Positions 1 through 9,632 of a stretch of DNA of 61,171 nucleotides are shown here, in pieces. The stretch comes from Deltaproteobacteria bacterium. GTDB lineage: Bacteria > Myxococcota_A > Polyangia > Polyangiales > Houyiibacteriaceae. The DNA lies in the NCBI GenBank assembly GCA_019313915.1, contig JAFDAJ010000025.1, positions 1-61,171 on the forward strand. Reading direction: 5' to 3'. The notes under the pieces are model-generated. The model was not told the origin of the DNA and made no database searches. It saw only the letters and a program-made list of their open reading frames with translations. The stretch's first letter is position 1. Each line of letters begins with the position of its first letter. The translations under genes and the position numbers were made by a program.

Positions 1-1677
1 CTTGCGGCGGACGAACCGATCGATCAAGGCGGCAATCGGGCCGCCCGCGAGAGCCGCAGGGAACAGGCGCAAGAGTGCGCTCCACGAAAGCATGAACCCG
101 GACAACAAAGGGAAGCCGCGTTTCAATAGGCAGACGGCGGCAACCGCCATGAAGAACCAAGGCACGCGCGCAAAGCTCCCGCCCGTCCAAAAATATGCCC
201 AGGGATACCCCGTCCCCCACACGAGCACCGCAAGTGCGGAAGAGCGCAATCCGAATGCCCATAGGATCATCAGGAACGCACCGGCGTAGAGCGCGAGGTC
301 GATCATCGTGTAGCGGAGAATCCGTTGCCGAAATTTCTTCAAGTCGTCTGGGGCCACTCGGCTCGACGAGACCAGAGGCACCTGATCGCGCCACCCGATG
401 TTCGTCAGGAAGGCCGCTACCATGTTGGAGATCGGGCTCGCGTTGTACCCGTGGTCCATCAACATGTCTTTCCACCAGCCCGACCCCATGACCGTGCGGA
501 ACGATCGGGTATCTTCGCGAAACGCCTCCCAGCGCTCGGGGGAGAAGTGCGCCGCGCAGGTCTCTTGGTGGCGAAGCACGTCGGCCTTGCTCACGAAGTG
601 CAGCCGGTTGTTGTCTAGATCGCGGATCTTTCGCTTCTCGAGGTCCGCGTCACCACGGTCTTCGTAGTCCACTGCAAGCACGCATTCGTAGAGTCGCTCG
701 TACTCATTTTCCTCGAAGTACTTCGAGCCGACGTAGTAGTGAAACGTATCCCAGTAGTGAACGATCCGGGAGCTGTGAAAGACGCCGAAGTTCACCCAGG
801 TGGTGGCGCAAGCCAGGATCACCCAGAGCAGCGCGCCCCGCTCCCACCACTGCCGGGCCTCCTGTTCCTGTCTAGCGAGCCATATCCCGCGTGCAGCCCA
901 AGCGACGACCAACACGCCGAGCGCGTAGACGCCCCAACTCGCGAACCAAGGCGCTAGCCTCGCGCCGTAGAGCCGGTACCCCGCGATCGCGAGCATCGCC
1001 ACCGAAAGTGCAGACGCTCCCCAGAGCGCCTTCTTGCTTTCTTCGACCCGAAAGAGCGCAATGAAGAAGAACAGGCCGAGCAACGCGACTGCGAGGCGGT
1101 ATCGATGGTCGCGTTTTTCGAGAATCTTTTTCCACCACCACTTGGTCGTGTTCTCCACTTTGACGGGAGGCGGCCACGCGGACGGCGTCTCGCAAAAGAC
1201 CTGCACCTCGCCCAGGCTATAGGCGCTGTCTCCAGCCCGCGCGCGCACGCGGATATATCGACCGGAGCCCTGCAGGCCGCGGGTACCACGCCGGCGCATC
1301 CCTTGCCCGGACACCGGATCGGCCACCCACAAGGTGGTGAAGGAATGGCGGTCCTCGGAGAGCTCGACGATGTAGTCATCGTTGTTGTCACCCTGCAGGT
1401 CGACCGCGGTGACGCGCATGCTGGTGCCGAGGTCGTAGAGGACGTGGCTCTCGGTGGCGTCCAGCACCGATGTCAGCTCGCTCTGCCATGGGTCGCCTTC
1501 CCCGGCCATGATCCCGTCGGTCAGGCGCTCGACGTGCGTGACGCCGGGCCGGGCGGTTGGGGACTTGCCGGCAAGCAGGTTGCCAGACGGACAGGCTTCA
1601 CCCTGAGCCGCCGCTGGTGCGGACGCGATCAGGCAAAGCAAGGAAAGGAGGGCGATTCGATTCACGATCGCGCGCAC
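1..1677 (-). CDS. Partial (runs off window start) membrane protein: signal peptide, F5/8 type C/discoidin-like domain, polytopic GT-C/DUF2029-like region
   Basis: Not in the ORF track (no stop inside window). Manual translation from GTG 1677 (or 1665) is open to base 1: signal NRIALLSLLCLIASAPAAAQ, discoidin-like ERLTDG..YDLG..DLQGDNNDDYIVELSED..GRYIRVR..SLGEVQVF, then HYWDTFHYYVGSKYF, DHGYNASP and several hydrophobic helices. Confidence 0.75.
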   Translation of the reverse strand, partial: MRAIVNRIALLSLLCLIASAPAAAQGEACPSGNLLAGKSPTARPGVTHVERLTDGIMAGEGDPWQSELTSVLDATESHVLYDLGTSMRVTAVDLQGDNNDDYIVELSEDRHSFTTLWVADPVSGQGMRRRGTRGLQGSGRYIRVRARAGDSAYSLGEVQVFCETPSAWPPPVKVENTTKWWWKKILEKRDHRYRLAVALLGLFFFIALFRVEESKKALWGASALSVAMLAIAGYRLYGARLAPWFASWGVYALGVLVVAWAARGIWLARQEQEARQWWERGALLWVILACATTWVNFGVFHSSRIVHYWDTFHYYVGSKYFEENEYERLYECVLAVDYEDRGDADLEKRKIRDLDNNRLHFVSKADVLRHQETCAAHFSPERWEAFREDTRSFRTVMGSGWWKDMLMDHGYNASPISNMVAAFLTNIGWRDQVPLVSSSRVAPDDLKKFRQRILRYTMIDLALYAGAFLMILWAFGLRSSALAVLVWGTGYPWAYFWTGGSFARVPWFFMAVAAVCLLKRGFPLLSGFMLSWSALLRLFPAALAGGPIAALIDRFVRRK

Positions 1678-1717
1678 CGTACGCAAGGGAGTCCTGACTG
1701 ACAAGTACCCAGCCGTT

Positions 1718-2761
1718 CTACTCGAAGGAGGTGAGATCAACCTTGAAAATTCGGAACGGCGGCGTTGGGTCGATACCGAGGAGGTTGCTGGTGATGTCGC
1801 TATAGATCGCGTACAGCACGCCCTCGGCGGGGCGCACGGTCGAGATTCCGGGAACCGGGGCTCCCGGCTCGGCCGCGACGATCACTACGGACGCGGTCGC
1901 CCAATCATCGTCGCTGGTGAGGCGGGCCACGTTGCCTGAGGCGACCATCGCAATGTAGAGATCGCCGTCGAGGAAGCTCATGCCGTCCGCAAAGCCCTCG
2001 AGTGCCGGTGTCGCGACGAGCTCACCGATACTTGAAGGGTCGTCGTGGGCAATACGGAGGAGACGTGGAGGCGCCCCAGTAGAAGTCTTCGAAACGATCA
2101 CGAAGCTGTCGTCCTCGGTCACCGCGATCCCGTTCCCGCCGAACGTTCCGCCTGAGTTCGGGCTGAGCAACGGGTCGTCGGCCCAGACCATCACCGTTTC
2201 GGCGCCCGCGTCGGCGCGATACACCCTCGGATTCCCGGAATCGCTGATGTAGGCCAGGCTGGCGCTGTCGACGGCGATGTCGTTGCAAGTCGAGTCCGCT
2301 GCGGCGTCTGCGAGATTCAATACGAGGTCGCGGTTCCCGCTGTCTAAATCGAACACCCAGATCTCGCTGGCGACCTCGTCCATCCGCTGTGCGCACACCC
2401 AGAGGCGGCGTGCCGCATCGTCGGCCGTCATGCCCAGGGTGCGCCACGTCTCCGACCCGGGCGGCGTGAACAAGATGCTCTCCGTCCCGTCGGCTTCGAC
2501 CCGCGTGATGTTGCCCCTCGTCGCACTGCCGACATAGAAACTCCGGCTGGTTGGATCGAAGGTGCCGCTTTCGGGGACGAGCTCTTGGTCGGACAGGACG
2601 TACTGGTCCTGCAAGGGCGCTTCGGCGCCACCTGCCCCACCAGTGCCACCGGCCCCCGCAGCGCCGCCGCCGCCGTCAGAGCTGCTTCCACATCCACTCA
2701 GCACGCCGACGAGAATCAACGCCCCTAAATCACGTAGTCCGATCACAGGCACCCCTTTCAC
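1718..2761 (-). CDS. SMP-30/gluconolactonase-like beta-propeller lipoprotein
   Basis: Lipobox LSGC, Gly-rich linker, PESG, CNDIAVD, GNGIAV and ADGM motifs; start uncertain. Confidence 0.75.
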   Translation of the reverse strand: MKGVPVIGLRDLGALILVGVLSGCGSSSDGGGGAAGAGGTGGAGGAEAPLQDQYVLSDQELVPESGTFDPTSRSFYVGSATRGNITRVEADGTESILFTPPGSETWRTLGMTADDAARRLWVCAQRMDEVASEIWVFDLDSGNRDLVLNLADAAADSTCNDIAVDSASLAYISDSGNPRVYRADAGAETVMVWADDPLLSPNSGGTFGGNGIAVTEDDSFVIVSKTSTGAPPRLLRIAHDDPSSIGELVATPALEGFADGMSFLDGDLYIAMVASGNVARLTSDDDWATASVVIVAAEPGAPVPGISTVRPAEGVLYAIYSDITSNLLGIDPTPPFRIFKVDLTSFE

Positions 2762-2864
2762 TGGGCGCCGACCCTACCAGACCCGGTCCCAGTGGATCCA
2801 GTCCGGGAATGGGCCGTGTTTAGACCCCTGGACTTCAGCGCGTCTCCGACTTACTCATGAATTG

Positions 2865-3206
2865 ATGGGTTCACAATCTTCCAATCAGGCTGCCCATGTC
2901 CAGCGTGCGAGCGACGTGGTGTTGGTCTACGGCAAGTCGGACGATGGCAAAGGGTACGACGTTCTTCGCCGGCGGGGAGAGGAGCTGCAGGCCGGAAAAT
3001 TGCGTCCCCTTGACGACGGGAAGCCCATTTACGGCCAAGTCGTGCGCCTGACGCCGCGTCAAGAATCGCCGGCCCTATTCGACGTCGACGTCCAGCACGA
3101 CGGGCGTGGCTCGACCGGCCGCCCCGCCAAGGTGGCCAGCGATCAGTACCGCGAAGGTTGGGACTCTATCTGGGCAAACGGCGCTCCCAATCGCGCGCTG
3201 AATTAA
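2865..3206 (+). CDS. Hypothetical protein (113 aa)
   Basis: C-terminal part of ORF 2562..3206 from ATG 2865; globular-looking, ends PAKVASDQYREGWDSIW..LN; the upstream part is antisense to the lipoprotein gene. Confidence 0.7.
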   Translation: MGSQSSNQAAHVQRASDVVLVYGKSDDGKGYDVLRRRGEELQAGKLRPLDDGKPIYGQVVRLTPRQESPALFDVDVQHDGRGSTGRPAKVASDQYREGWDSIWANGAPNRALN

Positions 3207-3208
3207 TA

Positions 3209-3236
3209 AAGGGTGCCGCCGTCTGGCGACACCCTT
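3209..3236 (-). terminator. Probable intrinsic terminator between convergent genes
   Basis: Minus strand AAGGGTGTCGCC-AGAC-GGCGGCACCCTT hairpin followed by TATTAATT. Confidence 0.55.
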
Positions 3237-3261
3237 CCCCCTGCTGTCCTTGGAGTGGCCC

Positions 3262-3789
3262 TTAGGTCACGTAGTCCTTGAGTCGCTCGACGTCGCGATA
3301 GTCCTGCAGCCGAGCGAGGCCGGCTGTCTCGACCTGACGGACACGCTCGCGGGTGAGGTTCATGATCTCTCCGACCTCTTCGAGCGTAATGCCCCCGCGG
3401 TCCGCTACATCGAGCGCACACGTCTCGGTCATCTCCCAAATCTCGATGTCCGGAAAGTTGAGCTTGATCGAGCCGCGTACTGGGTGGACGTCGATGTAAA
3501 GGTGGTACTTGCAGGAGACAAACGGGCACGGCCGCTCCATGTCCTTGCACTCCGTCCGACTCTTGGGCTTCCAGTAGTCGCTCTCCGGATACAGCTCTCG
3601 GCCGCGATTCAGCTCCGCCTTGCTCAAGCGGCGAATCGAGATCGTCCGTGCACGAGCGCGCGAGCGGCGTTTTCTGCGGCCTCTTCGCTCCTCGGTACCC
3701 GGCTCGTTGAGCGCGTCTACGAGTGATTCGCGTTCCTCTCCAGGGCTGGATTCCCTGTCGATAACCTCTGCGCTTGCTGCGTCCTTCAT
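3262..3789 (-). CDS. DNA-binding protein: Cys-rich domain plus sigma-70 region 4-like HTH
   Basis: C-terminal [20 protein letters not shown]; [21 protein letters not shown]; RBS GGGGAGAG upstream. Confidence 0.8.
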   Translation of the reverse strand: MKDAASAEVIDRESSPGEERESLVDALNEPGTEERRGRRKRRSRARARTISIRRLSKAELNRGRELYPESDYWKPKSRTECKDMERPCPFVSCKYHLYIDVHPVRGSIKLNFPDIEIWEMTETCALDVADRGGITLEEVGEIMNLTRERVRQVETAGLARLQDYRDVERLKDYVT

Positions 3790-3811
3790 GTCTCTCTCCC
3801 CCTCAAATTTC

Positions 3812-4372
3812 TCAGACGGCCGCCCGCGCCATGCGGGCCCGCATCGTCAGGCGCCTCTCGATGGCCTCGAGCTTCTGAACGAGCTCCTTGCCGAGCTCGC
3901 GAACATCGTTGAGCGCGGCGCCGACGCCCGGGTCGTCGGCCCTTTCGCGCTGTTGCTCGTGCACCGCGACTTCGATCGCCTGGTACACGCGCTTGAGTTG
4001 CCGGCTCAGTGCATCGATGTCGCCACGAACGAAGAGGAACTCCTTCTGGATTTCCTTCATCGTGAACCCCTGATGCATCAGGCGGCGGATGTGATCGATC
4101 TGGCGAACGGCGGTCGCCGGGTAGAGGCCCTGGGAGCCCCGGTGCTTGCCCTTGCGGCCCACTCGCACGCTCCGCGGCAACAGACCGAGCTGCACATACT
4201 TGCGGAAGGTGGCCTCGCTGAGCCGGGAACCCCGGGCGGTGAAGGTCTCGACGATCTGCTGGACGCTCATCCCGTCGGCGTGCGCCTGCTCGATCGCTTC
4301 GAGCTCCTCGTCGGACCAGCTCCTGGCCTCCGATTCCCGATGTCTCCGCTGTTGTCCCCTAGGTAGAGTCAT
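3812..4372 (-). CDS. MerR-like HTH transcriptional regulator
   Basis: [40 protein letters not shown] followed by a coiled coil. Confidence 0.75.
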   Translation of the reverse strand: MTLPRGQQRRHRESEARSWSDEELEAIEQAHADGMSVQQIVETFTARGSRLSEATFRKYVQLGLLPRSVRVGRKGKHRGSQGLYPATAVRQIDHIRRLMHQGFTMKEIQKEFLFVRGDIDALSRQLKRVYQAIEVAVHEQQRERADDPGVGAALNDVRELGKELVQKLEAIERRLTMRARMARAAV

Positions 4373-4419
4373 TTGAATAACTTATAGCGAATGTATTCTA
4401 TTCAAAATAATTAGGTCAA
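4372..4419 (-). promoter_or_regulatory. AT-rich promoter/operator upstream of the MerR-like gene
   Basis: Minus strand TTGACC-N18-TACATT; inverted repeat TTTGAATA (4372-4379) / TATTCAAA (4399-4406). Confidence 0.5.
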
Positions 4420-4550
4420 TGCTAAAAGGAACTAATTTATAACTATTTGTAATTATAGGAGTTATCCAAGTCTCATATCTCAACCTGGGTCAGTAAGGTC
4501 GTGACTTGGGATCGCTGGAAGAGCTTCTAGATCGTATTTCAGGGGGGAAA

Positions 4551-4579
4551 TTGACGGGACCGTCCGAACCCAGTACCTC
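4551..4579 (+). promoter_or_regulatory. Sigma-70-like promoter of the ABC operon
   Basis: TTGACG-N17-TACCTC, 11 nt before ATG 4591. Confidence 0.45.
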
Positions 4580-4590
4580 CCTCCAAGGGC

Positions 4591-5445
4591 ATGGATTCAC
4601 GGGCGTTTCGACGATTTCGGCGGAACAAGGGGGCTCTCGGAGGACTCGTCCTGGTCGTCGCGGTGACGGTATTGGGCCTCGCGGGCCCCTGGCTGGCCCC
4701 CTACGACCCAGTGGAGCAGTTCACGGACGCCCTACTCCTGCACAACGGCCTCCCCGCGGGGCCGGGCATCGAGCCGGGGCATTGGCTGGGTGGCGACGTC
4801 CTTGCCCGGGACGAGCTGAGCCGCCTCTTAAGCGGCGCTCGCGTCTCGATGCTGGTCGCCTATCTCGCGACGGCGCTCGCCGTGCTGATCGGCGTGACGC
4901 TCGGGCTGGTCTCGGGCTACGTCGGCGGACGGCTCGACACGTTCCTGATGCGGGTGGTCGACGTCGTGCTGTCGATGCCTTTTCTCCTGATCGCCATCGT
5001 CATGCAACGCGTGTGGGATGCGCCGGGCATCTGGACGATTTGCGTCGTGCTCGGTGTCCTGTCGTGGACGACGCTGGCCCGGATCACGCGCGCGAAGACC
5101 ATGGAGGCTCGCGAGCTGGACTATATCCAGGCGGCCCGCGCGCTCGGTCTACGCCATGTGCGAATTCTGGCACGACACGTTCTGCCCAACGTCATGGGTC
5201 CGATCATCGCCATCGCGACCATCCTGGTGGCGCGCATGATCATCGCGGAAAGCGCCTTGTCGTTCCTTGGGCTTGGCGTCCGTCCGCCCACCGCAAGCTG
5301 GGGCTCAATGCTCAACGACAGTCAGTCGCTGCTGCTAGGCGTGCCACGGCTGACGCTCTACCCGGCTGTCTTGATCAGCATGGCGGTGTTCGGATTCAAC
5401 CTCTTTGGGGAAGGACTGCGCGATGCGTTCGACCCCAAGGACTGA
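4591..5445 (+). CDS. Peptide/nickel ABC transporter permease, DppC/OppC type
   Basis: HWLGGDVLARDELSRLLSGARVSM, EAA-like DYIQAARALG, HVLPN, ESALSFLGLG. Confidence 0.93.
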   Translation: MDSRAFRRFRRNKGALGGLVLVVAVTVLGLAGPWLAPYDPVEQFTDALLLHNGLPAGPGIEPGHWLGGDVLARDELSRLLSGARVSMLVAYLATALAVLIGVTLGLVSGYVGGRLDTFLMRVVDVVLSMPFLLIAIVMQRVWDAPGIWTICVVLGVLSWTTLARITRAKTMEARELDYIQAARALGLRHVRILARHVLPNVMGPIIAIATILVARMIIAESALSFLGLGVRPPTASWGSMLNDSQSLLLGVPRLTLYPAVLISMAVFGFNLFGEGLRDAFDPKD

Positions 5446-7156
5446 GCGCCGGCGCCCTACCCGGTGGATGACCGGTGCCGCCGCCCTCGTCGCGGCTGCC
5501 CTCCTCCTCGGTTGGGTGATCGCTAACTTCCCAAGAGCGCCCATCGGCCCCCGTTACGTCGGCGCCGGGCACCAGACCCCTCGATCTGGCGGAACATTCA
5601 TCTTCGCGGCTGGGAGCAACATCCACACGCTCGACCCGCACTTCGCCTACGACACTCTGTCGACCGCGGCGTGCAGACTGCTTTACGACGGACTGCTCGA
5701 CTACGACTACGACGGAAACATGATTCCTGGTCTCGCGGCCGAGCTCCCCAAGATGTCCGACGGAGGCAGGAGTTTTCGCTTCACCCTGCGCAACGGCATC
5801 AAGTTCCACAACGGTCGTGAAATCACGGCTGAAGACATTTCGTGGTCGTTGCACCGCTTGCTGTCCGAGCGAATCGGATCGCCTGGCTATCCGTTTTTCA
5901 AATCGATCCAAGGGGCGCCGGCGTACCACAGAGGAGAAGCGGATCGCGTCGAGGGCATCGTCGTCCTCGATGAAAAGACAATCGAGTTCCATCTCGACGA
6001 AGCCGACCAAACATTTCTCAACGCGCTGGCGATGCCATTCTCGTACCCACTCGCCAAGGAGCACGTCGAGAAGCTCGAGCAAGCCGAGGGGCGCGACGCG
6101 GTCGGGCGCCACCCAGTCGGATCAGGGCCGTTTACTTTCTCACGCTGGGAGCGCGGCGTGCAAGTCGAGTTCGAGCGCTTTGAAGAGTACTGGGCACCGC
6201 AGGCACGCCCCGACCGAATGATCTTCCTCGAGAACATCTCGTCCGACGTCGCGAGCGCACGCTTTCGCAACGGCGACCTAGACGTCGTCTACCGCCCCAG
6301 TAAAGTAACCCGGTTGTTCCTGAGAGCGTCCGAGGCCTGGGCTCCCTATCGGGCCGAGTCACCGAGCGCCTCGGTGTTCGCGCTGGGCCTCAACTGCGAG
6401 CTACCCCCGTTTGACGACGTGCACGTCCGCCGCGCCGTGGCCTTTGCGCTCGACCGCTCAAAGCTAGAGCGGCTCGACCCGGGTCAGGTGATCGCCGCGA
6501 CTCAGATTCTGCCCCCAATGCTCGCGCCGCACGATCCCGAGCTGCCGACGCGACAGGGGTTCGACCTCGAGCGGGCCAAGGAAGAAATGCGCTTGGCCGG
6601 CTTCCCGGACGGGCTGATCGAGCCGGTCACTCTGTGGGTGAGAGGCGAAGGTGAGGTGCGTGCCGCGCAGCTGTTCCAACAGGACCTCAAGGCGATCGGC
6701 ATCGAGATCGAGCTCAAGATGGTCTCCTTCGCAACCTACCTGAAGGAGACCGGCCGGCCGCGAGTCGCCCAAGCTGCGTTCACGGGTTGGCACCAGGACT
6801 TCCCCGATCCGTCCAACTTCATGGACATCTTGTTCCACAGCCGCTCGATCCATCCCGAGAACTCCGAAAACCGCTCGTTCTACCGAAACCCGAAGCTCGA
6901 CGCGATCCTCGACCGCGCGCGCCCGGAGATCGACCGAGAGGCCCGGCTCGCGCTCTACGCGCAGGCCAATGCAATCCTGGCGGACGAGGCGCCCTGGGCG
7001 TTCCTCTACTACCCGATCGACATGTTTGCCTGGCAGCCATACGTGAAGGGCTTTCGCCCGCACCCCGTCTGGCTGAACGAATACCGCAACGTGTGGCTCG
7101 ATCTCCCCAGGGAGCGCGTCAGTCAGTCGATCTACGAACAGGAGACGGGCCCATGA
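5423..7156 (+). CDS. Peptide ABC transporter substrate-binding protein (SBP family 5)
   Basis: TLDP, LYDGLL, FTLRNGIKFHNG, PVGSGPF, PFDDVHVRRAV; start at ATG 5423 or 5468. Confidence 0.92.
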   Translation: MRSTPRTERRRPTRWMTGAAALVAAALLLGWVIANFPRAPIGPRYVGAGHQTPRSGGTFIFAAGSNIHTLDPHFAYDTLSTAACRLLYDGLLDYDYDGNMIPGLAAELPKMSDGGRSFRFTLRNGIKFHNGREITAEDISWSLHRLLSERIGSPGYPFFKSIQGAPAYHRGEADRVEGIVVLDEKTIEFHLDEADQTFLNALAMPFSYPLAKEHVEKLEQAEGRDAVGRHPVGSGPFTFSRWERGVQVEFERFEEYWAPQARPDRMIFLENISSDVASARFRNGDLDVVYRPSKVTRLFLRASEAWAPYRAESPSASVFALGLNCELPPFDDVHVRRAVAFALDRSKLERLDPGQVIAATQILPPMLAPHDPELPTRQGFDLERAKEEMRLAGFPDGLIEPVTLWVRGEGEVRAAQLFQQDLKAIGIEIELKMVSFATYLKETGRPRVAQAAFTGWHQDFPDPSNFMDILFHSRSIHPENSENRSFYRNPKLDAILDRARPEIDREARLALYAQANAILADEAPWAFLYYPIDMFAWQPYVKGFRPHPVWLNEYRNVWLDLPRERVSQSIYEQETGP

Positions 7157-8154
7157 TTCGTTTCATCTTGCTACGCGCCATGTGGGGCGTGCTGGTCATC
7201 ATGTCGGTCGTGACACTGGTCTTCTTCCTGATCTTCGTTGCGGGCGATCCCGCGGTAACCGTCCTCGGTCCACAAGCCAGAGCCGAGCAGATCGCGGACT
7301 TCAAGGCCAAGAAGGGATTGGACCAGCCCGTGCCCGCGCAGTTCCTGAGCTACCTCGGAGTCATGCCATGTGTCCGCAAAGATTCGCCAAAGTACGAGCG
7401 CGACGACGGCTCCCGCGGATTCTGCGGCATCCTTCAAGGGGACTTGGGCGAGTCGTACTCACACCACGAATCGGTGGCCGCCGTAATCGGGCACCGTCTG
7501 CCCCGCACACTGCTCCTCGCCTCGTTGGCGGTCCTTTTCGAGCTGATCATCGGGCTCAGCGCCGGGGTCATCGCTGCACTGCGTCGCAACCGTTGGTCTG
7601 ATACGTTGATCATGTTCGCCACCTTCGTCGGCATCAGCTTGCCCACGTACGTCACCGGCCCGATCTCGCTGCTGCTCTTTGCGTTTCTATTGGGCTGGTT
7701 TCCGTTTGGCGGCTACGGAGTCGACCCGCTCGATCACCTCTACCACGCGCTCTTGCCCTCGTTGATTCTGGCAGTCGCCGGAGCCGCGACGTATGCGCGC
7801 GTCATGCGCGGTGAGCTCATCGAGACGCTGCGACATGACCACGTCAGAACCGCGAAAGCCAAGGGCATGCCGATGAGTAGAGTCGTCATCAAGCACGCCA
7901 TTCGCAACGCCCTGCTTCCCATCGTCACCCTGATCGGATTGAGCCTGCCGTTTCTCGTCGGCGGCGCGATCATCACCGAAAAGATCTTCGCGTGGCCGGG
8001 CCTTGGGCTTCTGACGATTGAATCGATTGAATCGCTCGACGCCCCCGTGATCATGGCAGTCGTGCTGATGTTCGGCGTTGCCGTTCAAATGGGCAACCTG
8101 TTGGCGGACATCGCGGTCGCGGCGCTCGACCCGAGGATTCGGCTCGAGGACTAG
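7153..8154 (+). CDS. Peptide ABC transporter permease, DppB/OppB type
   Basis: MIRFILLR start with ATGA overlap; GLDQP, GDLGES, TAKAKG, HAIRNALLP, FAWPGLG, LDPRIR. Confidence 0.93.
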   Translation: MIRFILLRAMWGVLVIMSVVTLVFFLIFVAGDPAVTVLGPQARAEQIADFKAKKGLDQPVPAQFLSYLGVMPCVRKDSPKYERDDGSRGFCGILQGDLGESYSHHESVAAVIGHRLPRTLLLASLAVLFELIIGLSAGVIAALRRNRWSDTLIMFATFVGISLPTYVTGPISLLLFAFLLGWFPFGGYGVDPLDHLYHALLPSLILAVAGAATYARVMRGELIETLRHDHVRTAKAKGMPMSRVVIKHAIRNALLPIVTLIGLSLPFLVGGAIITEKIFAWPGLGLLTIESIESLDAPVIMAVVLMFGVAVQMGNLLADIAVAALDPRIRLED

Positions 8155-8936
8155 CCCTTTGGCTTGGGCCTCACCGGAAACACCCGGCGCTCTCCGTCAC
8201 TACGCGGCGCGAGCACCTGGAGCGCGTCGATCTTGATCTTCTTTCGGCGCGCGTCCGGGAGCTTGATGATGCAAACACCATCGCCCGTCAGCCCTTCGAT
8301 CTTGCAGAGTCCGAACTTGACGTGCTCGATCCAATCGCCCTTTTCTGGCTTGTACTCCAGGCTTGCAGCGGGCTCTGCGCGGGCGGAGAGCTCCGCTGCC
8401 ATCGCCCAGGTTGCCTCCGTGGGGACTCCCTCAGGAGCCGCGCCGGGAGCTGGCAGCACCTGCGGACCAGCAGCCTGTGCCTCGAGGTTGGCCCAGAGCT
8501 GGAGCCCCGTGGCATCGTCGTGGTCTCGCCGCAGCTCGAGCTCGTCGAAGCAGTCGATGCGAAACTCGAGCGCGAACACCGAACCGTCGACCACGTGGCC
8601 TCCATAGGTGACGTCACGTTCCCCTTCGCGCAGGGAAACCGTTGCGTGGAGATGCCAGAACGGCTCACCGTCACGCTCGGAGAGGTTGCCCTGCATCGAC
8701 AGAAGCTCACATCGCTCGAAACGATGCGCACCTTCGTAGCGTCGATCGGATTGATTGTATTCGGTGAGCTCGATCCATTCGAAGGCGCCGATTGCACTCA
8801 CCCAAGCGGTTCGAAGGCCGTGCTCGTCGACGAGATTGCGAAATGCTTCCTGCAAACCGCTCCCGTGAAAGACTCGACCCACGATGTGCCGCGACGCGCT
8901 CGCCTCCACCGACGACGTTCCCTTCGGCACAGTCAC
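8151..8936 (-). CDS. DUF296/PPC-domain protein with extra C-terminal Tudor-like domain
   Basis: SAIGA, ELLSMQGNL, HLH and GGH motifs of DUF296; C-terminal KGDWIEHVKFGLCKI. Confidence 0.75.
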   Translation of the reverse strand: MTVPKGTSSVEASASRHIVGRVFHGSGLQEAFRNLVDEHGLRTAWVSAIGAFEWIELTEYNQSDRRYEGAHRFERCELLSMQGNLSERDGEPFWHLHATVSLREGERDVTYGGHVVDGSVFALEFRIDCFDELELRRDHDDATGLQLWANLEAQAAGPQVLPAPGAAPEGVPTEATWAMAAELSARAEPAASLEYKPEKGDWIEHVKFGLCKIEGLTGDGVCIIKLPDARRKKIKIDALQVLAPRSDGERRVFPVRPKPKG

Positions 8937-9577
8937 GGCGTCGCTTGTGTCAGACGCTCTTCCTTCGCGTCGACCGCATCGACGAAGAGCTTGAAGTACT
9001 CACCGCCGCTCAACAAAGCCAAGGCTAGGCTAAAATAGAGAAGCACTAGCCCAACCTGCGCAAAATCGAACTCGGTTTGGTAGAACCCGAAGTAGATCGT
9101 GTACCGCTGATGCACGATGAGCATTAGTATCGCGACCATCTGCAAGGCGGTCTTGTCCTTGCCGGTCCGCATCGCGGCCATCACGACCCCTTCGCTCATC
9201 GCGATCGTCCGAAGCGCCGTGACGGCGAACTCTCGCGCGAGCATGATGATCACCGCGACGACACCGAGGAACGGCATGCGGCCGAGGTACGCGAGGAAGA
9301 TGAGCGTCGCCATCACGAGGAGCTTGTCCGCTAGTGGGTCGAGGAACTTTCCCAGCACGCTGATCTGGCCCCACTTGCGAGCGAGATAGCCATCTATGAG
9401 GTCGGTGAGCGCGGTCCCGATGTAGAGCATTGCTGCCCAGAAGTTCGCCCTAGGCGTGCCATCCCAGAGGAGCCACAGCACTCCAGGGATCAGCGCGATC
9501 CGGAGCATGGTCAACAAGTTGGGCAGATTGAGCGCGTCGTCCCGGATCGACGTTCGCTTGGGCGGGGCCTCTTCCAT
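8933..9577 (-). CDS. pgsA: CDP-diacylglycerol--glycerol-3-phosphate 3-phosphatidyltransferase
   Basis: NLPNLLTMLRI; TDLIDGYLARKWGQISVLGKFLDPLADK. Confidence 0.93.
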   Translation of the reverse strand: MEEAPPKRTSIRDDALNLPNLLTMLRIALIPGVLWLLWDGTPRANFWAAMLYIGTALTDLIDGYLARKWGQISVLGKFLDPLADKLLVMATLIFLAYLGRMPFLGVVAVIIMLAREFAVTALRTIAMSEGVVMAAMRTGKDKTALQMVAILMLIVHQRYTIYFGFYQTEFDFAQVGLVLLYFSLALALLSGGEYFKLFVDAVDAKEERLTQATP

Positions 9578-9632
9578 GGGGCGAGGTGTACCCCAGGTTG
9601 CCCCTCCCGTCTGCTACCGAAGCGACTCCGCC

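Noticed and set aside
1-1677. Suspected frameshifts in the first gene
   Set aside because: Re-reading shows one continuous frame; it is missing from the track only because its stop lies outside the window.
4373-4500. AT-rich stretch as a replication origin
   Set aside because: At most one DnaA-box-like word (TTATCCAAG) and no dnaA context; better explained as a promoter region.
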